Shown here: positions 46,112 through 55,097 of the stretch, piece by piece
Numbering within the stretch: position 1 is the first letter of the stretch
Layout of the letters: each line of letters starts with the position of its first letter
Virus record (IMG/VR): IMGVR_UViG_3300012642_000011
Coordinates: 320,001-384,000 of that record
Length of the DNA stretch: 64,000 bases
Source: a virus
Reading direction: 5' to 3' (one strand)
The notes under the pieces: model-generated
What the model was told of the DNA's origin: nothing
The model's database searches: none
Seen by the model: only the letters and a program-made list of their open reading frames with translations
Translations under genes and position numbers: made by a program

Positions 46112-46837
46112 TCAATTCAATGATGAAGCCAAATCCTTGACAAAATCTACACTACTGTTCTTTGGTGTAAGGATCAGGAATCCAGATGAATTCTTTTCTC
46201 CCGTTGCTACCACAGTTCTGTTTTCACCTTTAAACGAAATATCACTTAAAGCCACGATTCTTCCCTTAACACCCTCAACCTGCTTGAATGCAGAAGGAGA
46301 ATTGAAGAAAAGAGAACCGGCAATGTCCTTGAAATAGTATACATCAATCTTTTCTCCCTTAAATTCCCCTTGTGCAACTAAACAGAAACTTTGGGGATCT
46401 GCAATTTGGCATGTATCGCTTTGAGCAGATGTAAGAGAAGCGTTCTTGAGAGCAAGACTGTTACCGTCTGATGCTGAAATAGTATTTTTGGATACTTTGA
46501 TGTTAACATGACCATATTTAACAGGATCAGGTTTCCCCATAGCCTCAAACATAGGCATGGAAAAGCTTTTATCATTTGATGATTTATTATTCAACGATAC
46601 CGGAGAAAGAAAAGAAAGAAGCACCAGATATGTCAGAATGGACACTGCCGCCAATGATGCCACGATAGCAACTGTGATCTTGAACCATTTTTGATGTGTC
46701 AATCTGTTCTGCTCAATATAGTTCTTGTTGTACACACTGACATCATATTCAATCTTTTCATCTCCATCCAAGAAGAATACGCTCTCGTTGTCTTTACCTT
46801 CTTCCTCTATGGCATCATTATCATATGTTGAACTCAT
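46112..46837 (-). CDS. membrane-anchored hypothetical protein (N-terminal transmembrane segment, extracellular domain)
   Basis: One hydrophobic segment (ITVAIVASLAAVSILTYLVLL). SD AAAGAGGA upstream. Confidence 0.5.
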   Translation of the reverse strand: MSSTYDNDAIEEEGKDNESVFFLDGDEKIEYDVSVYNKNYIEQNRLTHQKWFKITVAIVASLAAVSILTYLVLLSFLSPVSLNNKSSNDKSFSMPMFEAMGKPDPVKYGHVNIKVSKNTISASDGNSLALKNASLTSAQSDTCQIADPQSFCLVAQGEFKGEKIDVYYFKDIAGSLFFNSPSAFKQVEGVKGRIVALSDISFKGENRTVVATGEKNSSGFLILTPKNSSVDFVKDLASSLN

Positions 46838-46965
46838 AACGTCCTCTTTTTAAAGTCTGCAGTATAATGGATCATCAATATGATCCCGAGAATGATCACG
46901 AACACAGTTGTGCCCTGATGATAACTCACTATCTTTTATATCAGACGTATAAATATACACATTGA

Positions 46966-46994
46966 AAGAGGGCCTGCCTTATTGGCAGACCCTC
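46966..46994 (-). terminator. hairpin terminator 3' of the putative ssb gene
   Basis: Stem GAGGGCCTGCC-TTATT-GGCAGACCCTC. Confidence 0.5.
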
Positions 46995-47028
46995 AAGGGA
47001 GTGATCAGAATGAAATTACTTTTTAATC

Positions 47029-47595
47029 TCAGAAGTCACTGAATTCATCATCATCAAAATCGTCAATATCATCGACAGGTTCTGACTTCTTAGCAGAAGT
47101 CGTCTTCTTTGAAGATGACGTTGAGGAAGATGAAGAACTTCTAGAACTAGAACCGCTATCGCCCCTCTTCTTCAGCATCTTCTCAAGACTCTCTTCTGCC
47201 TTAGTGCGCTTCTCCTCATCAGAGTACTGCATAGCATCCCACATGATATCAGGTCCACCATTAAGAACTGTGTATCGCTCGTAAACAGTCTCAGGACGGT
47301 CATTGGAATCAAGGATAACCTCGCCGTTCTTATCCTTCTTAGGCTCCAAATCTCTGCTCAATGAGAAGTATACCTTCATGCCTGGAACAAGTGTCTTTTC
47401 AAGAGCCTCAGCACGACTTCTCCATGCTGTACAGTTGTAGAACTTAGTGGCTTTAACATTCCACTCATTCTCTCCAACCTTCTCCCTATACTCTTCAACT
47501 ACGAGGAAGTTAAGAACGCTCTGGTTGTCCTTTCCAACCTTACGCATTTCCTCGATCTTGATAACGCTTCCCTCAACGTGAACTGGATCTTTCAT
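47029..47595 (-). CDS. putative single-stranded DNA-binding protein
   Basis: ~110-aa N-terminal beta-rich domain, a Ser-rich linker and an SSB-like acidic tip DDIDDFDDDEFSDF. Sequence similarity to canonical SSB is weak. Confidence 0.45.
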   Translation of the reverse strand: MKDPVHVEGSVIKIEEMRKVGKDNQSVLNFLVVEEYREKVGENEWNVKATKFYNCTAWRSRAEALEKTLVPGMKVYFSLSRDLEPKKDKNGEVILDSNDRPETVYERYTVLNGGPDIMWDAMQYSDEEKRTKAEESLEKMLKKRGDSGSSSRSSSSSSTSSSKKTTSAKKSEPVDDIDDFDDDEFSDF

Positions 47596-47739
47596 GATTA
47601 TACCATCCTTTTTGTTACTCGCCTATTCGGCTATTTATGCGGGCTTCAGTTTACGAAGTCTGCCTCCTCACCCCTGTGGTGTGGACTATTTATATTCTAA
47701 CAAACACACTTCTATAAAACTCATCCTTGAAAAGAAACT

Positions 47740-47794
47740 TTAAAAACTTATATTTACAAAGAGAATTGGGGAAGGCAGTTCACCTTCCCCAATT
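47740..47794 (-). terminator. rho-independent terminator
   Basis: 12-bp stem AATTGGGGAAGG/CCTTCCCCAATT, followed by a U-rich tract on the minus strand. Confidence 0.65.
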
Positions 47795-47807
47795 CAGCAA
47801 ACAATGA

Positions 47808-49514
47808 TCACTGATTTTCTTTGATTACATCATCCACACTTCTCCAAGATTCAGGAATTGTCACATCGCTTGGAATGCTAGGTGCCTTAGGCTCCTTTGG
47901 ACGAGACTGTGTGAGGATACTTGGCTTCTCAGGAAGTTCTGTGCAGTCCTCTGGCCTGTCAGGAATGTCCTCAGCAATGATCTTCTTCTGTTCATCACTC
48001 AACTTATCAGGATCAAAGACTCTCTCTTTCCTTGTCTCCCCATCTTCCTCGATTTCCTTTTCCACAGTGGCAGAATTAATGATAGCATCCTGCTGAGCAT
48101 ACTTCTCGCCCCACTTTTCCTCCCACTCTGAAACCTTATCCTGCTGATCAACACACTTCTTCAATGCGGCGTCATAGCGATCAGATGCTGCCGCCTGCCT
48201 GTCATCAAAAGTGAACCAGTCCTCGTATCTGGAAATATACTCATTCCACGCGCCTTCAATCTTAGCGCGCTCAGTATTCAGATAATTCCACTTATCGTGA
48301 ACATTGTTGACCTTAGTAGAATATGTATTCCATGAATTAATAGCAGGTGTTAACTGCTCAATCTTATCTCTCCACGCCTTCTGATCATCTACATACTTCT
48401 GTGCAGTACGATCAACTTCAGACTGAACCTTTTGCTTCTCAGCATCAGCCTTCTGAGAGAGGGCAGGACGATCATAATTCAAAGCGTGCTGAGCACTCCA
48501 CTCCCAACCACAACCGGGACCATTGTCATCAGGAATCTCAAAGGAAGCGTACTGATCAAAGTCATCTGCCTTCTGGACAGGAATAGCAGCAGGAACCTCA
48601 GGCTTCTTCACTTCCTTATCAGGCATCTTTGGATAACTTGAAGGGATAGGAGACTCAGGCTGAGAAATATCCTTATCCTTAATCGATGTCAACTTGACTT
48701 CCTTGGGCTTAGGAACATCATTCACAGGAACGCTTGTAGACATCCTAGCCTTATCAAAGAGACCCTTATACTTGTCCTCTCCATAGAACGGAGAACGCGA
48801 ACTTGCTCCCTGAACCACGCTAAGATCACGACACTGAGTATCCTTCAAAGTAGAGAACATCTTCTCTTCATAGAACTTTACAGCACCGTCTCTTACCTTG
48901 CTGTCCTTGAACCCAAAGCCACCTACCATACCATCACCCATTGTGATGAGGAACCCATCGTCAAAAATAATAGCCTTACCATTACTGGTCTTGACTTCCT
49001 TGACATTGGAGCACGATTCAAGCATATTCTTATAAGCGTAGAACTGATCTGCAGCCTGACCGGCACCATATGCCTGCACATGAACGCTCATGGAATCACT
49101 GCCCGCTTTAAACGTTGAAGTCACAGTGGCAGGAACTTCCTTCATCTCAGAACATATAGAGGGATCAATAGGATGCTGAGGGGAGGAATTATCCTGAACA
49201 TTCCACTTATCATCCTTGGGTATGACAGATGGCCTCTGATTAGCAAGTGATCTAGCCCAATCCTTTGAAATGGAACTTACTTGAGAAACCTCAATATAAG
49301 GAGATTCCTTCTTCACAGGAGAAACAATGCTGTTGTAATTGTTAACATTCATGACAACACTGCCGCCGATTGCCAACGCGCCTGCAGCAGCAAGGGCCAC
49401 AAGACTGCCTGCTACAGCAGTATCAGAAATAGGATACTTCTTTCTTGTCCTTTTCTGTCCTGATGCAGCCTTGTTATCGGGATGGTTGTCATTCATCTGC
49501 TCTGGTGACGCCAT
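47808..49514 (-). CDS. membrane-anchored extracytoplasmic protein (568 aa)
   Basis: N-terminal transmembrane segment (VAGSLVALAAAGALAIGGSVVM), followed by a hydrophilic Lys/Glu/Pro-rich region. Confidence 0.5.
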   Translation of the reverse strand: MASPEQMNDNHPDNKAASGQKRTRKKYPISDTAVAGSLVALAAAGALAIGGSVVMNVNNYNSIVSPVKKESPYIEVSQVSSISKDWARSLANQRPSVIPKDDKWNVQDNSSPQHPIDPSICSEMKEVPATVTSTFKAGSDSMSVHVQAYGAGQAADQFYAYKNMLESCSNVKEVKTSNGKAIIFDDGFLITMGDGMVGGFGFKDSKVRDGAVKFYEEKMFSTLKDTQCRDLSVVQGASSRSPFYGEDKYKGLFDKARMSTSVPVNDVPKPKEVKLTSIKDKDISQPESPIPSSYPKMPDKEVKKPEVPAAIPVQKADDFDQYASFEIPDDNGPGCGWEWSAQHALNYDRPALSQKADAEKQKVQSEVDRTAQKYVDDQKAWRDKIEQLTPAINSWNTYSTKVNNVHDKWNYLNTERAKIEGAWNEYISRYEDWFTFDDRQAAASDRYDAALKKCVDQQDKVSEWEEKWGEKYAQQDAIINSATVEKEIEEDGETRKERVFDPDKLSDEQKKIIAEDIPDRPEDCTELPEKPSILTQSRPKEPKAPSIPSDVTIPESWRSVDDVIKENQ

Positions 49515-49589
49515 GTTGTCCTCTCGATTCCTTCAGATCTATAGCTATATCGATCATTCTGTAACAATCATACCAAAATTTCAACCCAA

Positions 49590-49628
49590 AGACAAATGGG
49601 CCGGATGTTTAACACCCAGCCCATTTTA
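49590..49628 (-). terminator. hairpin terminator
   Basis: Stem AAATGGGC...GCCCATTT with a U-rich flank on the minus strand. Confidence 0.5.
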
Positions 49629-49643
49629 TCAGAGAACATCAGA

Positions 49644-51839
49644 TCACTCTGCTGTTGCCCTCACAAAGTCAATGACAATGTTGTAAGGGTTATTGTAAAT
49701 TCTTTCATCACCTTCAGTTTTATAAGCAAACGGATTATTGAAACCAGTTGAAGTTCCACTTCCTGTGTTTGCATTCAAGTACTCACTACCAAGATCCTCA
49801 GCGTTAGAGTTAAACATAGCAAAGCATCTACCCTCAATAGGTGCTTCCACTGTGCCAACGTTTTTCATGACAGGTGTAGAAACATTCTTAGATACTCCCA
49901 CCGTAGTTGGAATATCCGCTTTACCTGTCACATCATATTCCCATGCAGCATTCAATACTTGAGGATTACCCTTTTCTGAAGGCCAATTTGCTCTTACATT
50001 GAACACATTGTGAGATCCATCAAGAACGGAAACATTGGGGGATTTGAATGTCGCTTTATCCCAACCCTTTTGCTCTGCTACGGAATCAGATCCAAAAACA
50101 GAGTTCTTTTTACTATCGGTCATGACAAATTCTCCTGCAGAACCATCAGCACCAGGTGTGCCGTTGGGATCTTTGAAGACTGTTGTTGTCTTTGGTGTAG
50201 CCTTGGGAGCAATCTCAGGTCTCCAAAGGTTAATCGTAATCGTTCTTTTTGGATCGTTATCTCTGAAGATTGCCAAATTCTTTCCATCAAACTTACTATC
50301 ATCAGAAATCTTCACACCAGTTCCACCATCCTTGCCTGGAGAATAAGCAGGAAGTTCGTTGGGTTGAATCCTTCCATCATCGCCACCACTTACCCTTGAT
50401 GTAGGTGGAGCATAGCACTGAAGACCACATTCTTTATCATAGAAACCATTTTGTGCAGTTCTACGCAATACTCCATCAGTCTGACTTGGATTTCCAAGTT
50501 TCTTCTGAGTGGTATCATTATACATAATAGTCTTGATAACGCCAGCAGTTCCTGTTCCCTGATTAATTATCTCAGAAGAAAGTACTTCATTTTTCTGTTC
50601 ACCATTTTTCTGAACAGCATTTTCCAGAGTACTCTTGACCTTGTTAAATTCTTCAGGATTACACTGAACAACAAGGATCTGCCAGAAACCTACGTTCTCC
50701 TGTGTTGTATTTGTAGTGCTGACAGTGGAGCCAACCCCTACTTTCTCTTCACCCCATCCACTACAGGTTGTGCTTGGTACCCATTCTTCATTTTTCAATT
50801 CATACTTCTTTTCACATGTTCTCTTCTCAATCACTGTCTCAGTTTCTCGAACAGTAATTGTTCCTGGCTGATTGAACTGATTAATGGACATAACTCCACC
50901 TTCAGCAATAGCCTCCTTGTTTTGGTCATTTAAGTCCATCTCGTAAGAAGCGGCCTTGTCTTTAGACATAGCGCTTTCAACCAATGTATTTACATCTTCA
51001 ATGGATTTTCCATTAAGATCTTCTGCTTGAGCCTGTTTCCACAGGTTTCCAAACTGAGTTACATTTGCTTTTGACTGGCTCTGCAAAGCGATTTTTCCTG
51101 GGTCAAAATCTGGCTTTGCAATCAAGTTCACATTGATAGGATTGGTCCAGCTTTTCACCTTTCCTGTAGCCCTTGTCTTTTCAAGAGCATCATTCCTGTC
51201 TCTTGTGGCCTTACCATCTTTATCTTTGTACTCTGTCCACTTATTTCCCTGAGGCTGGGCACCAACAAGAGAGCCAGAGCAGACAAGCGTCCATGGCTGG
51301 GAGTTCAACTTAGCCGTACCATACTCCTTGATCATGGCATCAATCTGTTTCTGAGTTGGTTTGACTCCATATGTCAAAGCAGGGTTCAATACTGTTCCAT
51401 TGACACCAATTGCCTTGTGGTCAGCAGTGCTGGCAAGTTTACCATCCTTAGTCAAGATAGTTCTCTTATCTGTACCATTGATAGTGTTTACCCAATAATA
51501 ACTTCCATTATTATTATTTACCGTGTACCAAATAGTATTTGATTTTTCGCAGACTTCTCTATCAAAGTTTTTCAACTCATTAAGTTCACCATCAAGATAC
51601 TTTGGCTCAAGACCACTGAACTTTCGGAAGTTTTCCCAAGCAGTATTTCCATTTCTAGCAGATACGGAGAACCAGTTGACAGAATCAGAACTCAAGTTTT
51701 CTGTACTTGATCCGCCATCATTTCCCCAGATACCGAAATTAATACCCTGAGCAACAGCAGGAGCAGCCGTTGCTAGAGCAGTTCCGCCAGCAATGACGGA
51801 CAATGCCAACATGTTGACCTTTCGTGTTTGCTTTTTCAT
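49644..51839 (-). CDS. secreted surface protein (731 aa) with an N-terminal signal peptide
   Basis: Signal peptide MLALSVIAGGTALATAAPAVAQG, Asn/Thr/Gly-rich and probably beta-rich. Confidence 0.55.
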   Translation of the reverse strand: MKKQTRKVNMLALSVIAGGTALATAAPAVAQGINFGIWGNDGGSSTENLSSDSVNWFSVSARNGNTAWENFRKFSGLEPKYLDGELNELKNFDREVCEKSNTIWYTVNNNNGSYYWVNTINGTDKRTILTKDGKLASTADHKAIGVNGTVLNPALTYGVKPTQKQIDAMIKEYGTAKLNSQPWTLVCSGSLVGAQPQGNKWTEYKDKDGKATRDRNDALEKTRATGKVKSWTNPINVNLIAKPDFDPGKIALQSQSKANVTQFGNLWKQAQAEDLNGKSIEDVNTLVESAMSKDKAASYEMDLNDQNKEAIAEGGVMSINQFNQPGTITVRETETVIEKRTCEKKYELKNEEWVPSTTCSGWGEEKVGVGSTVSTTNTTQENVGFWQILVVQCNPEEFNKVKSTLENAVQKNGEQKNEVLSSEIINQGTGTAGVIKTIMYNDTTQKKLGNPSQTDGVLRRTAQNGFYDKECGLQCYAPPTSRVSGGDDGRIQPNELPAYSPGKDGGTGVKISDDSKFDGKNLAIFRDNDPKRTITINLWRPEIAPKATPKTTTVFKDPNGTPGADGSAGEFVMTDSKKNSVFGSDSVAEQKGWDKATFKSPNVSVLDGSHNVFNVRANWPSEKGNPQVLNAAWEYDVTGKADIPTTVGVSKNVSTPVMKNVGTVEAPIEGRCFAMFNSNAEDLGSEYLNANTGSGTSTGFNNPFAYKTEGDERIYNNPYNIVIDFVRATAE

Positions 51840-52873
51840 TATTCCTCCATAGTCAAAGAAGCATTATTAACTAATATCTTCCTTGAACTTTCAACGTTTT
51901 CCTTCTGACCAGAAATGAGATCCAAGACTAGTGTTCCTTGTTTCTCTATAGAGCCACCATTCTTTAAAAGAGCACGATAGGTGACATCAGCAGTCAATGT
52001 GACATCATATGCCGAAGAAGAATCATCATACTTCATCTGCGTTTTAATTCCATTGACCTCTCCATACCATCTATAGCCGAATTCAGGGAACTGACCAGCC
52101 ATACCATATTCATTGTTCCCCCAATCAAGAGGAAGACCAATATTGGTTTGCTTTGCGCCATCATTATCAATCTTTTCCTTAAGACTTGAACTCAAAACAG
52201 GATTCAATGATGTTGCTTTAAAGTTCTTTGCAGGATCAGATCCAGGCAACTCATACTCTCCCCACTCGCCAACATCAGGATTGGTGAACATTTCCAGAAT
52301 CATATTGGTATCAAAAACAAATTGCTCTTGAGTCCAGTAACTGTACATAGGGTTAGGGAATCCAGTTTCATCTACAGCCTTGGAATCATCAGAGGTGAAA
52401 CCTGCCTCTTCAGAAGGAAGCATGTTTGAAGCAGCGTAGAGATCGCTTTCCTGAGTGTTTACACTAGCAATCACAGCATCAACCATCTCTTTGTCCGCTT
52501 GAGTAGCCCATGTAGTACCATCAAAACTGATAGGAGAAGATTTTTCTGTGAACTTTTCCAGCCATTCAGGCTTATCATCAATGTCATTGCTATCAGCAAG
52601 GCTGAGGTCTTGAGCAATGTTTGCTTCTGTGTTTGTGTTCCCAGAATTAGGGTCACCCTTCTTCATATAATTGCTATCTGAAGAAGATGAATCGTCTTTA
52701 GGAGTATCATCCTTATCGTTATTGAGAAGAAGTAAAGTACCACCAGTCAGAGCGCCCACGACAGCCAGACTTGCTACGCCGCCGATGATGAGTTTCTTCC
52801 TCTCAGCCTCCTGTTTATCACGACCTTCATTGAGGTATTCCTCAAATGGATCATCATATTTCTTTTTAGCCAT
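51839..52873 (-). CDS. membrane-anchored extracytoplasmic protein (344 aa)
   Basis: N-terminal transmembrane segment (LIIGGVASLAVVGALTGGTLLLL). Confidence 0.5.
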   Translation of the reverse strand: MAKKKYDDPFEEYLNEGRDKQEAERKKLIIGGVASLAVVGALTGGTLLLLNNDKDDTPKDDSSSSDSNYMKKGDPNSGNTNTEANIAQDLSLADSNDIDDKPEWLEKFTEKSSPISFDGTTWATQADKEMVDAVIASVNTQESDLYAASNMLPSEEAGFTSDDSKAVDETGFPNPMYSYWTQEQFVFDTNMILEMFTNPDVGEWGEYELPGSDPAKNFKATSLNPVLSSSLKEKIDNDGAKQTNIGLPLDWGNNEYGMAGQFPEFGYRWYGEVNGIKTQMKYDDSSSAYDVTLTADVTYRALLKNGGSIEKQGTLVLDLISGQKENVESSRKILVNNASLTMEE

Positions 52874-52942
52874 GAATTGTCACTTTCCTGATCAGAGTTG
52901 CCAATGGTATCGTAATATGTATATCGAAAAAATTGATCTATT

Positions 52943-53485
52943 TTACAGCATTGTAGTAATAATAGTGGTCACTGCTGTCACCATTGCTGCTAACATCGCA
53001 GGGGAAATGAAGTGAATCCCACCAATCATCTTATTCCACTTGTCTTCTCCTACCTCTAACATGATACTTGCAGGAGTTCCTCCGGTGACTCCCCATTCTT
53101 TCTTTGCTTTGGAAAAACTTCTATATGTAGCAATTCCTATGAAAGCAATGAGCAAGACAACAAACATTGCAGACGGCCAGAATCCAATATACCATGGGAA
53201 CATAGACATGATGACAAGGAACACTTTGTAATCCTCAGCCCCTGCTTTCTGCCCAAACAGACCTGCCATTAAGAACAGTGCGGCCAATGACACGGCAAGA
53301 ACAATAAGCGGAGAGAATATGAGAATTGTCCCCAAAAGGAAGTAAGAAGCAACAATCTTCAAACCAGTCAGAAAAATCATCAGGAAGATGAATCTAACCA
53401 TATCCAACTTTGTCACTATCAATAATACGAAAGCAAGAAATAGCGGGATAAAATGCACCAAATAGGTCAATACGAATTCATTCAT
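52943..53485 (-). CDS. polytopic small membrane protein (180 aa)
   Basis: Five or six hydrophobic helices. Confidence 0.5.
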   Translation of the reverse strand: MNEFVLTYLVHFIPLFLAFVLLIVTKLDMVRFIFLMIFLTGLKIVASYFLLGTILIFSPLIVLAVSLAALFLMAGLFGQKAGAEDYKVFLVIMSMFPWYIGFWPSAMFVVLLIAFIGIATYRSFSKAKKEWGVTGGTPASIMLEVGEDKWNKMIGGIHFISPAMLAAMVTAVTTIITTML

Positions 53486-54687
53486 TTATCCCATCCTCCC
53501 TCGATGTCAAATTCATCATCTTCATCGATAAAGAAATCAGTATTAATTGTTTTCTGCTGCTTCACATTGTAATTTGATGAATCGTCATCATCTACATCAG
53601 GAAGATCAAAGTCATCATCGTGAACAACTCTTCTTTCATCAGAAGATAAAATTTCATCTTCTCTCTTCTCTTCTTGATAATTGAGTTCGTTTTGAAGTTC
53701 ATGGTTTGATTTTTCAATCTCTTCAAGTTGTGACAACAAGAGGGAATAATTATCTTCAAGAATTTTATACTTCTTATTGAGATCAGAGTATTTCTTCTGA
53801 ATTTCGCTATCACTCTGTGTAGCAATCATTTTCTCGATCTGTGCATTCTTTTCCTTTTTCAACTTGGCATTTTCGGCAAATAACAAGTTAACTTTAGTCT
53901 GAAGTTCATCGTTGGATTCGCCTGCCATAACACTCACGCTATTGTTTTTTGACACCATTTCATAATCGTATCTCATGTTATGCAAGTCAATGGTCTGTCT
54001 GTCAATAATGTTAGCAAGCACAACAATATGCTTGTTTCTCTCCTTGAGTTTATCTTGAAGAAATCCTACAGACGCTTTTACCCTTGAGACGAAACTGTTC
54101 ACTTGTGCAATGTCGTAGCCTTTGGGAACTTGGAAATCAAGCTCAAGGTCATCGAGATCTTCTCTTAAGAAAACATCATTGGGGATTTCAAATGTCTCAG
54201 GGATACTAAAGCCTTCAAGTATGTCACTTGCCCTCTTCTTCTTGCCCTCTTCAGTATTGAATTCAATGCCTTCAAAGGCATCATGATTATCTTCTACAAA
54301 AAATTCTGTTTCTTCTTCCTTTTCTTTCACTTTAGGTGTAGGTAAAGATGATTTGAGAGCATTGATCTTCTCCCCAAAGTTTACCTTCTTTCTTTCCTTC
54401 TTTGGCTTTTCTGGTTTAGCAACAGGATCAGGGTCTTCCTCTTCGTACTCTTCATCATCAAAGGAATCTTCTTCCTCATCATAATCATGAACGTCAGAGT
54501 CATCATAGTCTACATAGTTTTGATCGTCATCGTCGTCATCATACTGATCAAAATCATTCTCAATGGTCTCTTCTTCGTCATTATATTCATTTCTGGGGTC
54601 ATTCCAATCTACACGACGGATAGTTTCTTCCCCAAACCCCTCGCTATAAGCCTGAATTTTACTCTTTGCCTTATCCAAAAGTCCCAT
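53482..54687 (-). CDS. acidic coiled-coil protein (401 aa)
   Basis: Poly-D/E N-terminus and heptad-like central region. Confidence 0.5.
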   Translation of the reverse strand: MGLLDKAKSKIQAYSEGFGEETIRRVDWNDPRNEYNDEEETIENDFDQYDDDDDDQNYVDYDDSDVHDYDEEEDSFDDEEYEEEDPDPVAKPEKPKKERKKVNFGEKINALKSSLPTPKVKEKEEETEFFVEDNHDAFEGIEFNTEEGKKKRASDILEGFSIPETFEIPNDVFLREDLDDLELDFQVPKGYDIAQVNSFVSRVKASVGFLQDKLKERNKHIVVLANIIDRQTIDLHNMRYDYEMVSKNNSVSVMAGESNDELQTKVNLLFAENAKLKKEKNAQIEKMIATQSDSEIQKKYSDLNKKYKILEDNYSLLLSQLEEIEKSNHELQNELNYQEEKREDEILSSDERRVVHDDDFDLPDVDDDDSSNYNVKQQKTINTDFFIDEDDEFDIEGGWDK

Positions 54688-54740
54688 TGTTATTCCTTTG
54701 ATTAGTTAGTGGATGAATTGTGCAATGAATATCACTGTCA

Positions 54741-55097
54741 TCACAGGTCTTCTTGTGTTTCTTCTAAATCTTGTTCGTCATATTTCTCTGATCTACGATA
54801 AATCTCTGAAGGAGTCATTGTGATGTCTACACCCAAATTCCCCTCATACAGTCTGATCCATCCTTGAATGAACTCAAGTGTCAGCCCATCATAATCAGAC
54901 TCATCCCACATTCTCGTAGATTCTCTTAAGTCAATATAATTGATAATTTCTGATGGATACCAGTCATCCATCTCTGAGAGGTCAAAACCTTGCTGTACTA
55001 ATTGCATATGCATATTAAACACTGGTTTCAATGCAGCTACTTTGGCAATGATTTCCCATGTAACAATATTGCTTTCTTCATCCATATTATGTCTCAC
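54741..55097 (-). CDS. hypothetical small protein (118 aa)
   Basis: ORF overlapping the upstream gene by 4 nt. Confidence 0.4.
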   Translation of the reverse strand: MRHNMDEESNIVTWEIIAKVAALKPVFNMHMQLVQQGFDLSEMDDWYPSEIINYIDLRESTRMWDESDYDGLTLEFIQGWIRLYEGNLGVDITMTPSEIYRRSEKYDEQDLEETQEDL

